Part shown: one piece after another, positions 27,290 through 35,802 of the stretch
Position numbering within the stretch: the first letter of the stretch is position 1
Layout: every line of letters begins with the position of its first letter
From: Patescibacteria group bacterium
GTDB taxonomy: Bacteria; Patescibacteriota; WWE3; UBA101185; UBA10185
NCBI GenBank assembly: GCA_026004595.1
Contig: BPJL01000009.1
Coordinates: forward strand, 1-38,621
Length of the DNA stretch: 38,621 bases
Reading direction: 5' to 3'
Notes under the pieces: model-generated
Told to the model about the DNA's origin: nothing
Databases searched by the model: none
Seen by the model: only the letters and a program-made list of their open reading frames with translations
Position numbers and translations under genes: made by a program

Positions 27290-28156
27290 ATGACTTTTGA
27301 GGAATTTATCAAAAAATACGACGGCAAGGGAATTGATTATGACAATGCGTTTTCTACGCAGTGTGTTGACCTTTATCGGCAATATGTTAAAGAGGTTTTG
27401 GGCTTTCCGCAAAGCCCTGCGGTAGAGGGAGCAAAGGATATTTGGGACACATATCTGCCAGAGTATTATGATAGAGTAGAAAACACGCCTTACGGCGTAC
27501 CTGAAAAAGGGGATATTGTAATTTGGGGGACAAAAGTAGGTAAATATGGGCATGTGGCAGTTTTTATTGAGGGCGACGCAAAGAGGTTTAAGAGTTTTGA
27601 TCAGAATTTCCCAGTTGGAAGCCTGTGTCATATACAAGAGCATACCTATAACGGTGTACTGGGGTGGCTAAAACCAAAGATTAAAAATATGGATATACCA
27701 GAGTGGTTTAAGACTTTACTGCAGGAAGCAAACCTCTCTTTTGATAGAGAGGGAGAATTTCGTGCTTTTTGGGAGAAAGCTAAAAAATACGATATTGAAA
27801 TCAGAGAATACAGCGAAAAAGTTTCTTCGCTAAACTCTCTTCTGGGAGACAAGGCTCAAGAGGTTTCAATGCTTGAGGACGCAAAAGCTAAATTACAAGC
27901 GAGGGTTGACGAACTAGACACTCTTTACAATAAGACAAAAATGGAAAAAGACGAAGAAGAACAAAGAGCCAATATGCTTTCTTATAAAGTTGAAAGTCTA
28001 ACCAAAGACCTGGAAAAGGCGAATAGCGAGATTTTACAATTAAAGGAGCAAATCAAATCATTGAAAGACGATAATATAGATGTCTTGAAAAAGATACCCA
28101 CCTTAAAATTGATTACAGAAGTTTTTGTGCGTATTTTTAACACAAAAAGGAGGTGA
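27290..28156 (+). CDS. CHAP-domain endolysin with long C-terminal coiled coil
   Basis: FSTQCVDLYRQYV (catalytic Cys) and GDIVIWG..KYGHVAVF (His) are CHAP motifs. Residues from about 140 to 288 are heptad-like (KLQARVDELDTLYNKTK..LKEQIKSLKDD). No SH3, LysM or choline-binding-type motif was seen. Confidence 0.8.
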   Translation: MTFEEFIKKYDGKGIDYDNAFSTQCVDLYRQYVKEVLGFPQSPAVEGAKDIWDTYLPEYYDRVENTPYGVPEKGDIVIWGTKVGKYGHVAVFIEGDAKRFKSFDQNFPVGSLCHIQEHTYNGVLGWLKPKIKNMDIPEWFKTLLQEANLSFDREGEFRAFWEKAKKYDIEIREYSEKVSSLNSLLGDKAQEVSMLEDAKAKLQARVDELDTLYNKTKMEKDEEEQRANMLSYKVESLTKDLEKANSEILQLKEQIKSLKDDNIDVLKKIPTLKLITEVFVRIFNTKRR

Positions 28157-28161
28157 TTTTT

Positions 28162-28347
28162 ATGTTAAAAAGGATTTGGGAGTTTCTTGACGGAAAAAAG
28201 ACATTCATTGGGTCGGCAGTAATCTTTATTGCTGGCGGTCTGAAAGCTCTGGGGAAAATTGATGAAAACACCTTTAACTGGTTAGTTGCTTTAGGTGGAG
28301 CAATCTCGGTTTATGGTATTAGAGATGCTATTAAAAAATTAGAATAG
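28162..28347 (+). CDS. small membrane protein (lysis cassette)
   Basis: SD AAAGGAGGTGA precedes ATG 28162. TM segment FIGSAVIFIAGGL and a second hydrophobic stretch. Confidence 0.5.
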   Translation: MLKRIWEFLDGKKTFIGSAVIFIAGGLKALGKIDENTFNWLVALGGAISVYGIRDAIKKLE

Positions 28348-28350
28348 CCT

Positions 28351-28473
28351 ATGTTAAAAATCCTGCTCGTTTTGTTTGGTCTTTTTGCTATCGTTTGTTT
28401 ATTTGTCAATTTGGTTGTAAGCGAAGAAGATTTGGAAAGGATGTTAAAAAATGGAAAAAGAAAGAGACGATAG
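28351..28473 (+). CDS. 40-aa TM peptide (spanin/antiholin-like?)
   Basis: MLKILLVLFGLFAIVCLFVNLVVSEEDLERMLKNGKRKRR. Not in the supplied ORF track (under 60 aa). It may be fused to the next ORF through an A-run. Confidence 0.3.
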   Translation: MLKILLVLFGLFAIVCLFVNLVVSEEDLERMLKNGKRKRR

Positions 28474-28678
28474 ACAAATAGAGCTTGTTAATATCCTATA
28501 TGAGAAACTGTCTGATTTATATTATATGGAAGAAAAAGGGTGGAATGTTGAACCGGCAATTAAGGAGGTTCAAAAACAGATTAGCTCACTTTTATCTAAA
28601 TCTGAACAGGAAAGGATTGCCCAATTGAGAGAGGAACTTAAAAATGAGAGAGAGAGAATGTCAGGCACCAGTGCATAA
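28451..28678 (+). CDS. hypothetical coiled-coil protein
   Basis: 75-aa ATG ORF. Confidence 0.45.
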   Translation: MEKERDDRQIELVNILYEKLSDLYYMEEKGWNVEPAIKEVQKQISSLLSKSEQERIAQLREELKNERERMSGTSA

Positions 28679-28943
28679 CCCTAGATGTCCCTGTCAATCT
28701 TGCCAGAGGGTAAATTGCGGGAATTGTCGTCTCACAAACATAGACCACTTCACTCCTAAATGTATTGCTAAAAAGATTCTTCACTGGAGTTCAAAGCAAA
28801 TTAACGCCCCTGAAAATTTACAATACCTCTCAATACCTTGCCACACCGACAAGGATAGAACCACACCCGACAGGTTGAGACTCGCAATAAGGCAAAAAAG
28901 AGGAGAGTTTATTAGTTTAGAAGATTATAAAAAAATTCTATGA
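28644..28943 (+). CDS. HNH endonuclease
   Basis: Cys-rich N-terminus (CPCQSC..CGNC), NIDHFTPK (the DH of HNH), ENLQYLSIPCHTDKD (N...H). Confidence 0.6.
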   Translation: MRERECQAPVHNPRCPCQSCQRVNCGNCRLTNIDHFTPKCIAKKILHWSSKQINAPENLQYLSIPCHTDKDRTTPDRLRLAIRQKRGEFISLEDYKKIL

Positions 28944-29194
28944 GTCCCGAAATCAAAATAGCATTTTCTAGAGAAGTTCCAAGAGGAGCTTGTGTGGTTG
29001 GCAGACAAGAAGACGAAAACAAATATGTCCCTATCTCAATCACTGATTGTCAGGGAACAGATTTGATGGCTTTAGGGATCGCAAGAAAAATGCTTAAAGA
29101 CGGGGAAACGCCCGTTTTTGTTTTTGGAAGCGAAGACGAAATGGAAGAAAATGCTGATAAAATAAGAATGGCTTTTGACGACTACAATGAATAA
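28940..29194 (+). CDS. hypothetical protein
   Basis: 84-aa ORF, ATGA-coupled to the HNH gene. Confidence 0.5.
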   Translation: MSPEIKIAFSREVPRGACVVGRQEDENKYVPISITDCQGTDLMALGIARKMLKDGETPVFVFGSEDEMEENADKIRMAFDDYNE

Positions 29195-30137
29195 AGAAAG
29201 AGGTTTATTCTACCCAGATGGCAGTTTTAGGGGCGAAGACGAGATTAGAAGAAGAAATCTCAAAGAGCCTAGTATCCAAAGACCTGTTCAAGAAAGAGGG
29301 GGGTCGTTTGACGACGATTTACGAAGAATGCAGGAAATTCAGAGGTTGAGGGAAGAACAAAAGCTTTGGAAAGATGAGGTCAAAATCAGTGTTCAAACCA
29401 ACCTTCCCTACTTTTTTTTGATGCCATTATCAGACATCCACTTAGGAGCCGAAGGAACAGACTATCAGGCAGTTAGAAAGTTTTTGGGGGTGGTTAAGGA
29501 TTATCCTGTTTATACTGTCCTTTTAGGGGATTTGGGTGATTTTTTCAATCCGTATAAACACCCTACGGGAATGGCTGAAGATGTGGTTAACGCCGATAGC
29601 CAGCTTCTTGCGATGAGAAACTTCTTCAAAGAATACAAAGAAAAAATCTTGGCGGTGGCGACGGGCAACCACGATGATTGGATTTACAAGACTTCGGGGA
29701 TTGAACCTTATAGGTGGGTCTGTCAAGACCTGAACATCCCCCTTCTTTACAGCGGAGGGAGACTAAATTTGCAGGTAAATGAAGTGAATTACAAAATTCT
29801 CCTTTATCACGCAATTGCTAGGTTTAATTCCTCATTCAATCCTACCCACGCAGGCAAAAGAATGCTTGAGCTTCACCACGATGCCGACATCGTAATTAGC
29901 GGAGACAAACACAGGTTTGGAATGGAGAAGCTGGTTCACAGAGATAAAAAGCCGTATATCGTGCAACTGGGAACTTTTAAGACTGGGGACACTTATGGCA
30001 AGCGAAGTTATGGGTTTGCCCCAGACTCCCAGATTGGTTTCCCAGTATTGTTTCTTTCAGCGGGAGAAAAGAATGTGGAGGCGATAGAAGATATAGAAAC
30101 CGCCAAACACTTTGTAGACCTTGTGAGAAAGGGGTAA
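29187..30137 (+). CDS. calcineurin-like metallophosphoesterase
   Basis: LSDIHLG, LLGDLGDFF, ATGNHDDW, and GDKH motifs in canonical order. Confidence 0.8.
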   Translation: MNKERGLFYPDGSFRGEDEIRRRNLKEPSIQRPVQERGGSFDDDLRRMQEIQRLREEQKLWKDEVKISVQTNLPYFFLMPLSDIHLGAEGTDYQAVRKFLGVVKDYPVYTVLLGDLGDFFNPYKHPTGMAEDVVNADSQLLAMRNFFKEYKEKILAVATGNHDDWIYKTSGIEPYRWVCQDLNIPLLYSGGRLNLQVNEVNYKILLYHAIARFNSSFNPTHAGKRMLELHHDADIVISGDKHRFGMEKLVHRDKKPYIVQLGTFKTGDTYGKRSYGFAPDSQIGFPVLFLSAGEKNVEAIEDIETAKHFVDLVRKG

Positions 30138-30146
30138 AATATAGAT

Positions 30147-30491
30147 ATGGGAACTGTTGACCTAATTACCGGACAGCCAGCACTTCATAAACACGGAGTC
30201 AACGACATCAAGACTTCTAATGCTCCAGACTCCACTAAGGTTCTATATGGGGACGGAAGTTGGCAAGAACCACCAGGGGCAACAAGCGGAGAAGCTAACA
30301 CTGGAGAAAATGTGGGGACAGGTGAGGGTTTGATTTACAAGGACAAAGTTGGCGTTGCTTTAAGGTTTAAATCCCTAAAACAAGGAACTGGTGCTGGAGT
30401 AATTGCAACCAATTCTGGAACGACAGCAACTCTACTTTGTTATCTTGATTGGATGGCGGTTTGGTTTGATAGGAGGGCTTTAACGAGATAA
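30147..30491 (+). CDS. orphan tail-fibre-like fragment
   Basis: HKHGVNDI..KVLYGDGSWQEPPG..NVGTGEGLIYKDKVGVALRFKSLKQGTGAG resembles fibre repeat modules. It is the last gene before the early promoter. Confidence 0.35.
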   Translation: MGTVDLITGQPALHKHGVNDIKTSNAPDSTKVLYGDGSWQEPPGATSGEANTGENVGTGEGLIYKDKVGVALRFKSLKQGTGAGVIATNSGTTATLLCYLDWMAVWFDRRALTR

Positions 30492-30500
30492 AATTGCCAC

Positions 30501-30529
30501 TTGACAAAATAAAAAGTGGTTGATATTAT
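30501..30529 (+). promoter_or_regulatory. sigma70-type promoter (early, P1)
   Basis: TTGACA at 30501-30506, 17-nt spacer containing TG at -15/-14, TATTAT at 30524-30529. The inverted repeat CCACTT/AAGTGG flanks the -35. Confidence 0.6.
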
Positions 30530-30546
30530 TTATTCAAATAAATAAA

Positions 30547-30801
30547 ATGAAAGTAAAAACTATTGTTATCAAAACGCCAACCCACCAAAAAGATTGTTTC
30601 AGACTTCACCTAATCGATTCTAAGGCGGGTATCTCAAGAAAGACGATAAAGACTACATTGTCAGCATTAAAAAGAAATATCAGGGGTAAGGGGTTGGTGA
30701 TGGTTAAGGTCGTTTACCCCGACAAAAGCACAAACCAAACAATTTCCTCAAACGATATTGATTATTTGGTTAACACAACAAGATGTTTCTTGAAGCTATG
30801 A
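30547..30801 (+). CDS. hypothetical protein
   Basis: ATG 30547 lies inside ORF 30520-30801 (MKVKTIVIKTPTHQK..). First gene after P1, no SD. Confidence 0.5.
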   Translation: MKVKTIVIKTPTHQKDCFRLHLIDSKAGISRKTIKTTLSALKRNIRGKGLVMVKVVYPDKSTNQTISSNDIDYLVNTTRCFLKL

Positions 30802-31001
30802 TACCACCAGAGTTTTGGCTCAATTGTAAAAAATCTAATGCATACAAAAAAAAGGCTGACGATTGGTTTTTTATGGCACAGAAGTGGAAGGCGGGGAGCA
30901 TCGAAAGACAAATTTGTGAACTGAAAGTAAAACTCTACGAGAGAGAATCACTAAAATATCTGTTGAGAGCTAATGCTGTCATCCAAAAAAAATATGAGTG
31001 A
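30783..31001 (+). CDS. hypothetical protein
   Basis: 72-aa ORF overlapping both neighbours. Confidence 0.4.
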   Translation: MFLEAMIPPEFWLNCKKSNAYKKKADDWFFMAQKWKAGSIERQICELKVKLYERESLKYLLRANAVIQKKYE

Positions 31002-31230
31002 GACACAAGATATCGAAAAATACACTAAATTACAACGAATTATGAACATCTTCCAAAAAATCAGTCAGATATCTTGGTGGTATGACCAGGCGAAAAAGAG
31101 ATACCCCGCTCCGGAAGCGATGACGACAGACGAAATCGACAAACTTACCCAATATCTTCTGACATTAGGGGATGACCTAGAAGACGCTTACAAGGACTGG
31201 AAAAAGGAGGCTAAAAATTATGGGAATTGA
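30973..31230 (+). CDS. hypothetical protein
   Basis: 85-aa ORF. SD AAAAGGAGG for the next gene lies near its end. Confidence 0.45.
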   Translation: MLSSKKNMSETQDIEKYTKLQRIMNIFQKISQISWWYDQAKKRYPAPEAMTTDEIDKLTQYLLTLGDDLEDAYKDWKKEAKNYGN

Positions 31231-32704
31231 TGAAATCATAAAATACGAACAGGAGATAGATTTGGATGTTCCTGTAGCCGAATTGGACGAGAAACAAATA
31301 AAGAAACAAAAAAACAAAAATGTTGTTTATGTGTCGCAGCTAAATACTACAGGATTTATTTTAGAAGAAATCATTGAGCAAAAAAATGCGGACTATGCGG
31401 ACTATGCGGTCGCACCAGAAACCGCCAAAGAAAAATTCTTGAAGCTAGACAAAGAGACGGGAGAGGTAGAAATAATAGATGAAATAGAAATAGGTGGTAT
31501 ATATTATAGGCCATTAAATTCCAAGTTGGTAGAAAGCCAAACAATCTATTTACCGTCGGGGGTAGAAGAATATGGCTCAACCTCTAAACTTATAAGTGAA
31601 ATATCTGATTATCTCAACTTTTATTTTGATGTAGATGATACAATGAAAAAGATTTTACCAACCTATGTATTGTTTACTTGGGTTTTTGACAAGTTTCCTT
31701 TTGTTCCCTATCTTCACTTCGTAGGGAGAACGGCAACGGGCAAGACCACCGCAGGGGAAACATTAGTATCTATCTGCTACAAAGGGATAGATGCTACTGG
31801 AGCCACCAGTCAGGCGGCTATCTTCAGGGTAGCTGATGAGTGGGGGGGAACAATCTTTTTAGATGAGTTTAACGCCGACGCTAAAGACCAAGAAATGATA
31901 GCTTTCTTAAAAAGCGGGGTTTCGGACAGAGCTGTTTTGAGAGTGGAAGCGGAAGGCAAAAACTTTAAGGTTGTTCCTTATAAGGTGAAATCACCAAAAA
32001 TCTTTACATCTGAAAATGTAATTACAGACGCAGGACTTCAATCAAGGACTTTAACTATCAAAATGGAAGCTTCAAAAAGACTATTACCATTATTTAAGTT
32101 ATCAGATTATTATACTAAAGGACAGGTATTGAGAAATAAACTACTAAAGTGGAGATTAGATAATATATATAATAATAATATAAAGCTTAAAGATATAGAA
32201 TATGGATTTAAAGAATTTATACATCTAGATAGAAGGGTTCAGCAAATTATTACCCCTATTTACTACTTATCAGATGAAGAGGGAAAAATCAGAATACAAG
32301 AATTTGCCAAAGAGCAAGAGATAAAAACAAAGGAGGAGAGACTCTCTAGCGAAGAAGGAAGTGTCTTTAAGTTAATTTATGATTACTATATAGCCAACGG
32401 AGAGAACCCCACCTTAAAGTCGATTACAGAAAGCCTAAACGCACAAAGAGAGGAGCTTGGCTACAAGACAAAAAGAAGTGAAAAGTCAATAGCCTCTATC
32501 GTTAGAACTGTATTAGGATTGCCTATAGTAATGGTAGGACACGACAAAACCAGAACAATTATAGTTGATGATAACAGAGAAAAAGTAGAAGAATTAGTAA
32601 ATTACTACGGGCTCGACAATTCATTGTTGGCGGTGTTTTCAGCGACCGCACAGTCCGCAACGACCGCAACTTTAGAAGATGTAAAAGAGATATTTTCAGA
32701 CTAA
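31220..32704 (+). CDS. P-loop NTPase, probable replication initiator/helicase-type ATPase
   Basis: Walker A GRTATGKTT, Walker B-like GGTIFLDEFNAD. 494 aa, intact, in the replication module. Confidence 0.5.
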   Translation: MGIDEIIKYEQEIDLDVPVAELDEKQIKKQKNKNVVYVSQLNTTGFILEEIIEQKNADYADYAVAPETAKEKFLKLDKETGEVEIIDEIEIGGIYYRPLNSKLVESQTIYLPSGVEEYGSTSKLISEISDYLNFYFDVDDTMKKILPTYVLFTWVFDKFPFVPYLHFVGRTATGKTTAGETLVSICYKGIDATGATSQAAIFRVADEWGGTIFLDEFNADAKDQEMIAFLKSGVSDRAVLRVEAEGKNFKVVPYKVKSPKIFTSENVITDAGLQSRTLTIKMEASKRLLPLFKLSDYYTKGQVLRNKLLKWRLDNIYNNNIKLKDIEYGFKEFIHLDRRVQQIITPIYYLSDEEGKIRIQEFAKEQEIKTKEERLSSEEGSVFKLIYDYYIANGENPTLKSITESLNAQREELGYKTKRSEKSIASIVRTVLGLPIVMVGHDKTRTIIVDDNREKVEELVNYYGLDNSLLAVFSATAQSATTATLEDVKEIFSD

Positions 32705-32709
32705 AAAAT

Positions 32710-33075
32710 ATGAAAAAAAATAATCCTATAACAATACCAGCAAAATACCAAATCATTTTTGACAAGCTTATGGCAAAACAAAATTACTTTTATCTTGACA
32801 CTTTAGCCTTCTTAATAGCTTGGAGAAACGAAAACAAACTTCAAATTCCGGTGGGAGAAGAATACCTGTTTTCAGGAACCTCAAAAGAGGGAATTTTTAT
32901 CAAGATGATAGTCACTTTAGTAGAAAACCTGTTTGCAGAAAACGAGAATTATCCGTTTGACTCTGACGCAAGAAGACTCGGACACGACTTTGCCAAGTGG
33001 ATTTTAAGGCAACCGCTAAACTTTAGACCGCCTATCAGTATGCACGCAGAAATAGCAAGTCTATGGAAGAACTAA
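32710..33075 (+). CDS. hypothetical protein
   Basis: 121-aa ORF. Confidence 0.5.
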   Translation: MKKNNPITIPAKYQIIFDKLMAKQNYFYLDTLAFLIAWRNENKLQIPVGEEYLFSGTSKEGIFIKMIVTLVENLFAENENYPFDSDARRLGHDFAKWILRQPLNFRPPISMHAEIASLWKN

Positions 33076-33332
33076 TCGGTGAATTACGAGAAGTTTTGGT
33101 TGAGTTCGGCTTCACCCAAAGGTGGGCTGAAATAGAGAAGTGGTGGATGGTGGGAAAGACAATCCACGAGTTTAGCGTTAGACCATCGGACATTCCCACC
33201 CTTGCCGACGAATTAGAAGTTGAGCCCGCAGACCTCTGGGACGCAATTCTTTTTTATAAGAAATATCCCGACCTTACCCTGTTCCCTGAAGGCAAAAATG
33301 CAAGTTGGGATAAAATCCGGGAAAGCCTATGA
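33063..33332 (+). CDS. hypothetical protein
   Basis: 89-aa ORF overlapping both neighbours. Confidence 0.5.
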   Translation: MEELIGELREVLVEFGFTQRWAEIEKWWMVGKTIHEFSVRPSDIPTLADELEVEPADLWDAILFYKKYPDLTLFPEGKNASWDKIRESL

Positions 33333-33860
33333 GAAAATGTGCCTACTGCCTAAAGCGTTCAAAATGCCCCTACAAAAAGGGCAAAAAACACTTTTGCTCA
33401 AAGGAGCACAAAACTCTCTATTATGAGAATGATATTAAAACCCTCAAAAAACAAATCCAGATTGAATTTAACAAAATGATTACTGAGAACCAACCTTGTG
33501 CTTACTGTGGAAAAAGGTTTGTAAAGATGGATTGTTCACACATCCTCTCTCGTGGAAGTTGCGACCACTTGAGGTTTGATTACTTAAATGTTTTACCACT
33601 TTGTTCGAGGCATCATGAATTTTTTTTGGCATCAGTCTCCGCTTGAGGCAATAGAATGGTTCAAATCAAAATATCCGGAACGATATGATTACCTCTTATT
33701 TGCCCGAAACCAGTTTAGGGGTTGGACAGTGGAGGAGTTGAAACAAATTAGACAAGATGTTAAAAACAAAAATGTAAAAGGATTGGTCAGGTTTTACAAA
33801 GAATATGAGCTATATTTACTGGAACAAGAAAGGAAAGCTAACCCTTCGCAGGGGAACTAA
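33329..33860 (+). CDS. NinG/Rap-like recombination endonuclease (one frame break)
   Basis: CAYCGKRFVKMDCSHILSRGSCDHLRFDYLNVLPLCSRHH matches the lambda NinG-type pattern (C..CG...H..S.G....LRF...N....C). The break lies in the T8 run 33620-33627. Confidence 0.55.
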
Positions 33861-33921
33861 AATCTGGAAGCAAACAACCAGAAAAGACTGGATAAGGATT
33901 TTACACCGAAGACTTAAAAAC

Positions 33922-33951
33922 TTGACAGGAGTATAGTCAATAGGGTATAAT
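33922..33951 (+). promoter_or_regulatory. sigma70-type promoter (early, P2)
   Basis: TTGACA at 33922-33927, 18-nt spacer ending AATAGGG, TATAAT at 33946-33951. ATG 33959 lies 7 nt downstream. Confidence 0.6.
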
Positions 33952-33958
33952 ACTGTTA

Positions 33959-34132
33959 ATGGACAAAATAACTCCCGAAAAAGTTGAAAGAAACAGGCAG
34001 CTCTACGAAGATTACAAGAGAAAAATGAGTCTTGTTGATCTAGTGACTAAATACCAAATTACTCCCGCTAGAATTTACGAAATCATAAGGAGAGAAAAAA
34101 AGAGGGAAAAACAGGCACAAATTGCCTCTTGA
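33959..34132 (+). CDS. small HTH protein (57 aa)
   Basis: MSLVDLVTKYQITPARIYEIIRREKK looks like a helix-turn-helix. Not in the ORF track (under 60 aa). Its stop TGA overlaps the -35 of P3. Confidence 0.5.
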   Translation: MDKITPEKVERNRQLYEDYKRKMSLVDLVTKYQITPARIYEIIRREKKREKQAQIAS

Positions 34133-34157
34133 CAAGTGGGTAGAATAGGGATACTAT
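34129..34157 (+). promoter_or_regulatory. sigma70-type promoter (early, P3)
   Basis: TTGACA at 34129-34134, 17-nt spacer ending AATAGGGA, TACTAT at 34152-34157. ATG 34167 lies 9 nt downstream. Confidence 0.5.
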
Positions 34158-34166
34158 AAAACCAAT

Positions 34167-34349
34167 ATGAAGAAAATAAAAGTAGTGAACACCCAAAGAG
34201 AAGACATTGTTTTCCACATTGACCTTTTAGACCACCTTGCCAAAAGAGTAGAAGAATTTTTTGAATTAGATCCCAGAGAAGCCAGAGGATATTTGTCAGA
34301 TTTAAGAGCCAGTCTTAAAAGGTGGAAGAACAAAATTGGATCGAAATGA
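34167..34349 (+). CDS. hypothetical protein
   Basis: 60-aa ORF directly after P3. Confidence 0.5.
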   Translation: MKKIKVVNTQREDIVFHIDLLDHLAKRVEEFFELDPREARGYLSDLRASLKRWKNKIGSK

Positions 34350-35341
34350 AAACGAATAGCTGGTCAATTTACAAACTTTGGAACGATAGCGTCTTAGAAG
34401 CCAAAAAACTTAGGGAGAGAAAACGAGAACCCAGAGAAATTTTGTTTGCATCTGAACTTGGCAAATCTTATATCGACCTTTGGTACACACTAAAAGGCGA
34501 AGAACCCACCAACGACTTTACCGAAACCGCACTTCGAAAGTTTGACGCAGGAATAATTTGGGAAAAAGTCTTTGAGACAATTTACAAAAGAATGGGTATT
34601 CTGATTGAAACCCAGAAAAGCCTTAAACTTGAAATGCCAAATTGCCTGCCGGTTTGGGGAAGACTTGACTTCTTAGTTGGGGGAAAACTCGACAAGGAAA
34701 AAGCCAAATCTCAAATTGACGAAATCAAAGACCTGCTCCCCGAAAATGTCTATCAAACCTCGCTTTTAATTCTTGATAAACTTCCGGAAGAATTAAAGGA
34801 AATCGTGCTTGAAATCAAATCCGTATCTTCTTTTATGTTTGAAAAGTATCTCGAAGGAAACAAACCAAATGCAAACCACAGGATACAGATTGCAACCTAC
34901 TTGAAGGGATTGAACCTAGATGAAGGTCACATCCTTTACATCAACAAAGACGACGCAAGACTACTGGAGCTTGGAGTATTTAATCCTTCTTTTGCAACCG
35001 ATGAACTTGAAGCGTTTGTAAAAGGATTTAGCCAATATTGGTTTGCCAACGAAGAACCACCAAAAGAAAAGGAAATCGTATTTGATGAAGAACTAAACAA
35101 GTTTGCCGTGAATTGGAAAATAATTTATAGTCCCTACCTAACTAAGATTTACGGCTACAAAGACCGAACTGAAGTCGAAGACAAATTCAAGCCAATAGTG
35201 GAAAGGTGGAATAGGGTTTTGGGAAGAATTAGAGACGAAAAAGATTTGACCGACAACAACCGAGACGCACTCGAAGAAATGAAAGAATATGGGTTTGATT
35301 TAGAAAAAATTGGAAAGGGGGTGAACAGTGATGGCGTTTAA
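34346..35341 (+). CDS. PD-(D/E)XK exonuclease, RecB/Cas4-like
   Basis: WGRLDFLVGG (motif II Asp), VLEIKSVSS (ExK), HRIQIATYLK (QxxxY) in canonical order. ATG 34346 is ATGA-coupled to the previous stop. Confidence 0.65.
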   Translation: MKTNSWSIYKLWNDSVLEAKKLRERKREPREILFASELGKSYIDLWYTLKGEEPTNDFTETALRKFDAGIIWEKVFETIYKRMGILIETQKSLKLEMPNCLPVWGRLDFLVGGKLDKEKAKSQIDEIKDLLPENVYQTSLLILDKLPEELKEIVLEIKSVSSFMFEKYLEGNKPNANHRIQIATYLKGLNLDEGHILYINKDDARLLELGVFNPSFATDELEAFVKGFSQYWFANEEPPKEKEIVFDEELNKFAVNWKIIYSPYLTKIYGYKDRTEVEDKFKPIVERWNRVLGRIRDEKDLTDNNRDALEEMKEYGFDLEKIGKGVNSDGV

Positions 35342-35696
35342 GAAGTTTGAACCAGAAAGAAACGAGGTTTGGAAGCCTGAAAAGCAAGGAGATATGATTG
35401 AAGGATATTTCGTAAGTAGCAGAAGAGTCCAAACCGTGAATGGTGTTTCAAACCTTTATTCAATTAAAACCGATAAAGAGGTTAAAGATGTCTGGGGGAC
35501 AGCCTTGCTTGATAATTTTTTCCAGAACATTCCTGTGGGTTGCAAAGTAAGACTTACCTATCAGGGAAAAATGAAATCACAAAAAGGTGGTAGAAGCTAC
35601 CACGCCTTTACTTTGGAATATGATCAAGAGGATATTCTAAAAGCAGAGGAAGAAAGCACTGTAACAGATAAAGACATTGAGGAGATTTTCGGCTAG
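35331..35696 (+). CDS. OB-fold-like protein, ssDNA-binding candidate
   Basis: About 120 aa, beta-rich core, acidic C-terminal tail ..EEESTVTDKDIEEIFG reminiscent of SSB tails. It follows the exonuclease gene. Confidence 0.35.
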   Translation: MAFKKFEPERNEVWKPEKQGDMIEGYFVSSRRVQTVNGVSNLYSIKTDKEVKDVWGTALLDNFFQNIPVGCKVRLTYQGKMKSQKGGRSYHAFTLEYDQEDILKAEEESTVTDKDIEEIFG

Positions 35697-35699
35697 TCT

Positions 35700-35748
35700 C
35701 CTCACAAGGCGGGTTGGCGGTCAATGCCAGCGAACCCGTCCTGTGAAG
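35700..35748 (+). terminator. long GC-rich hairpin without a U-tract (terminator, processing or binding site?)
   Basis: CTCACAAGGCGGGTT (35701-35715) pairs with AACCCGTCCTGTGAAG (35733-35748): about 13 bp with 1 mismatch. The 17-nt loop has an internal GGC/GCC pairing. It lies between the SSB-like gene and P4. Confidence 0.35.
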
Positions 35749-35766
35749 AGATTAGAAAATTACCAC

Positions 35767-35795
35767 TTGACAAAATTGAAAATAGGGTATAAACT
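35767..35795 (+). promoter_or_regulatory. sigma70-type promoter (early, P4)
   Basis: CCACTTGACAAAAT is identical to P1 around the -35 (35767-35772). AATAGGGTATAAAC follows. The -10 is TAAACT (17-nt spacer) or TATAAA (15-nt spacer). ATG 35803 lies 7 nt after TAAACT. Confidence 0.5.
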
Positions 35796-35802
35796 AAAAA
35801 CA

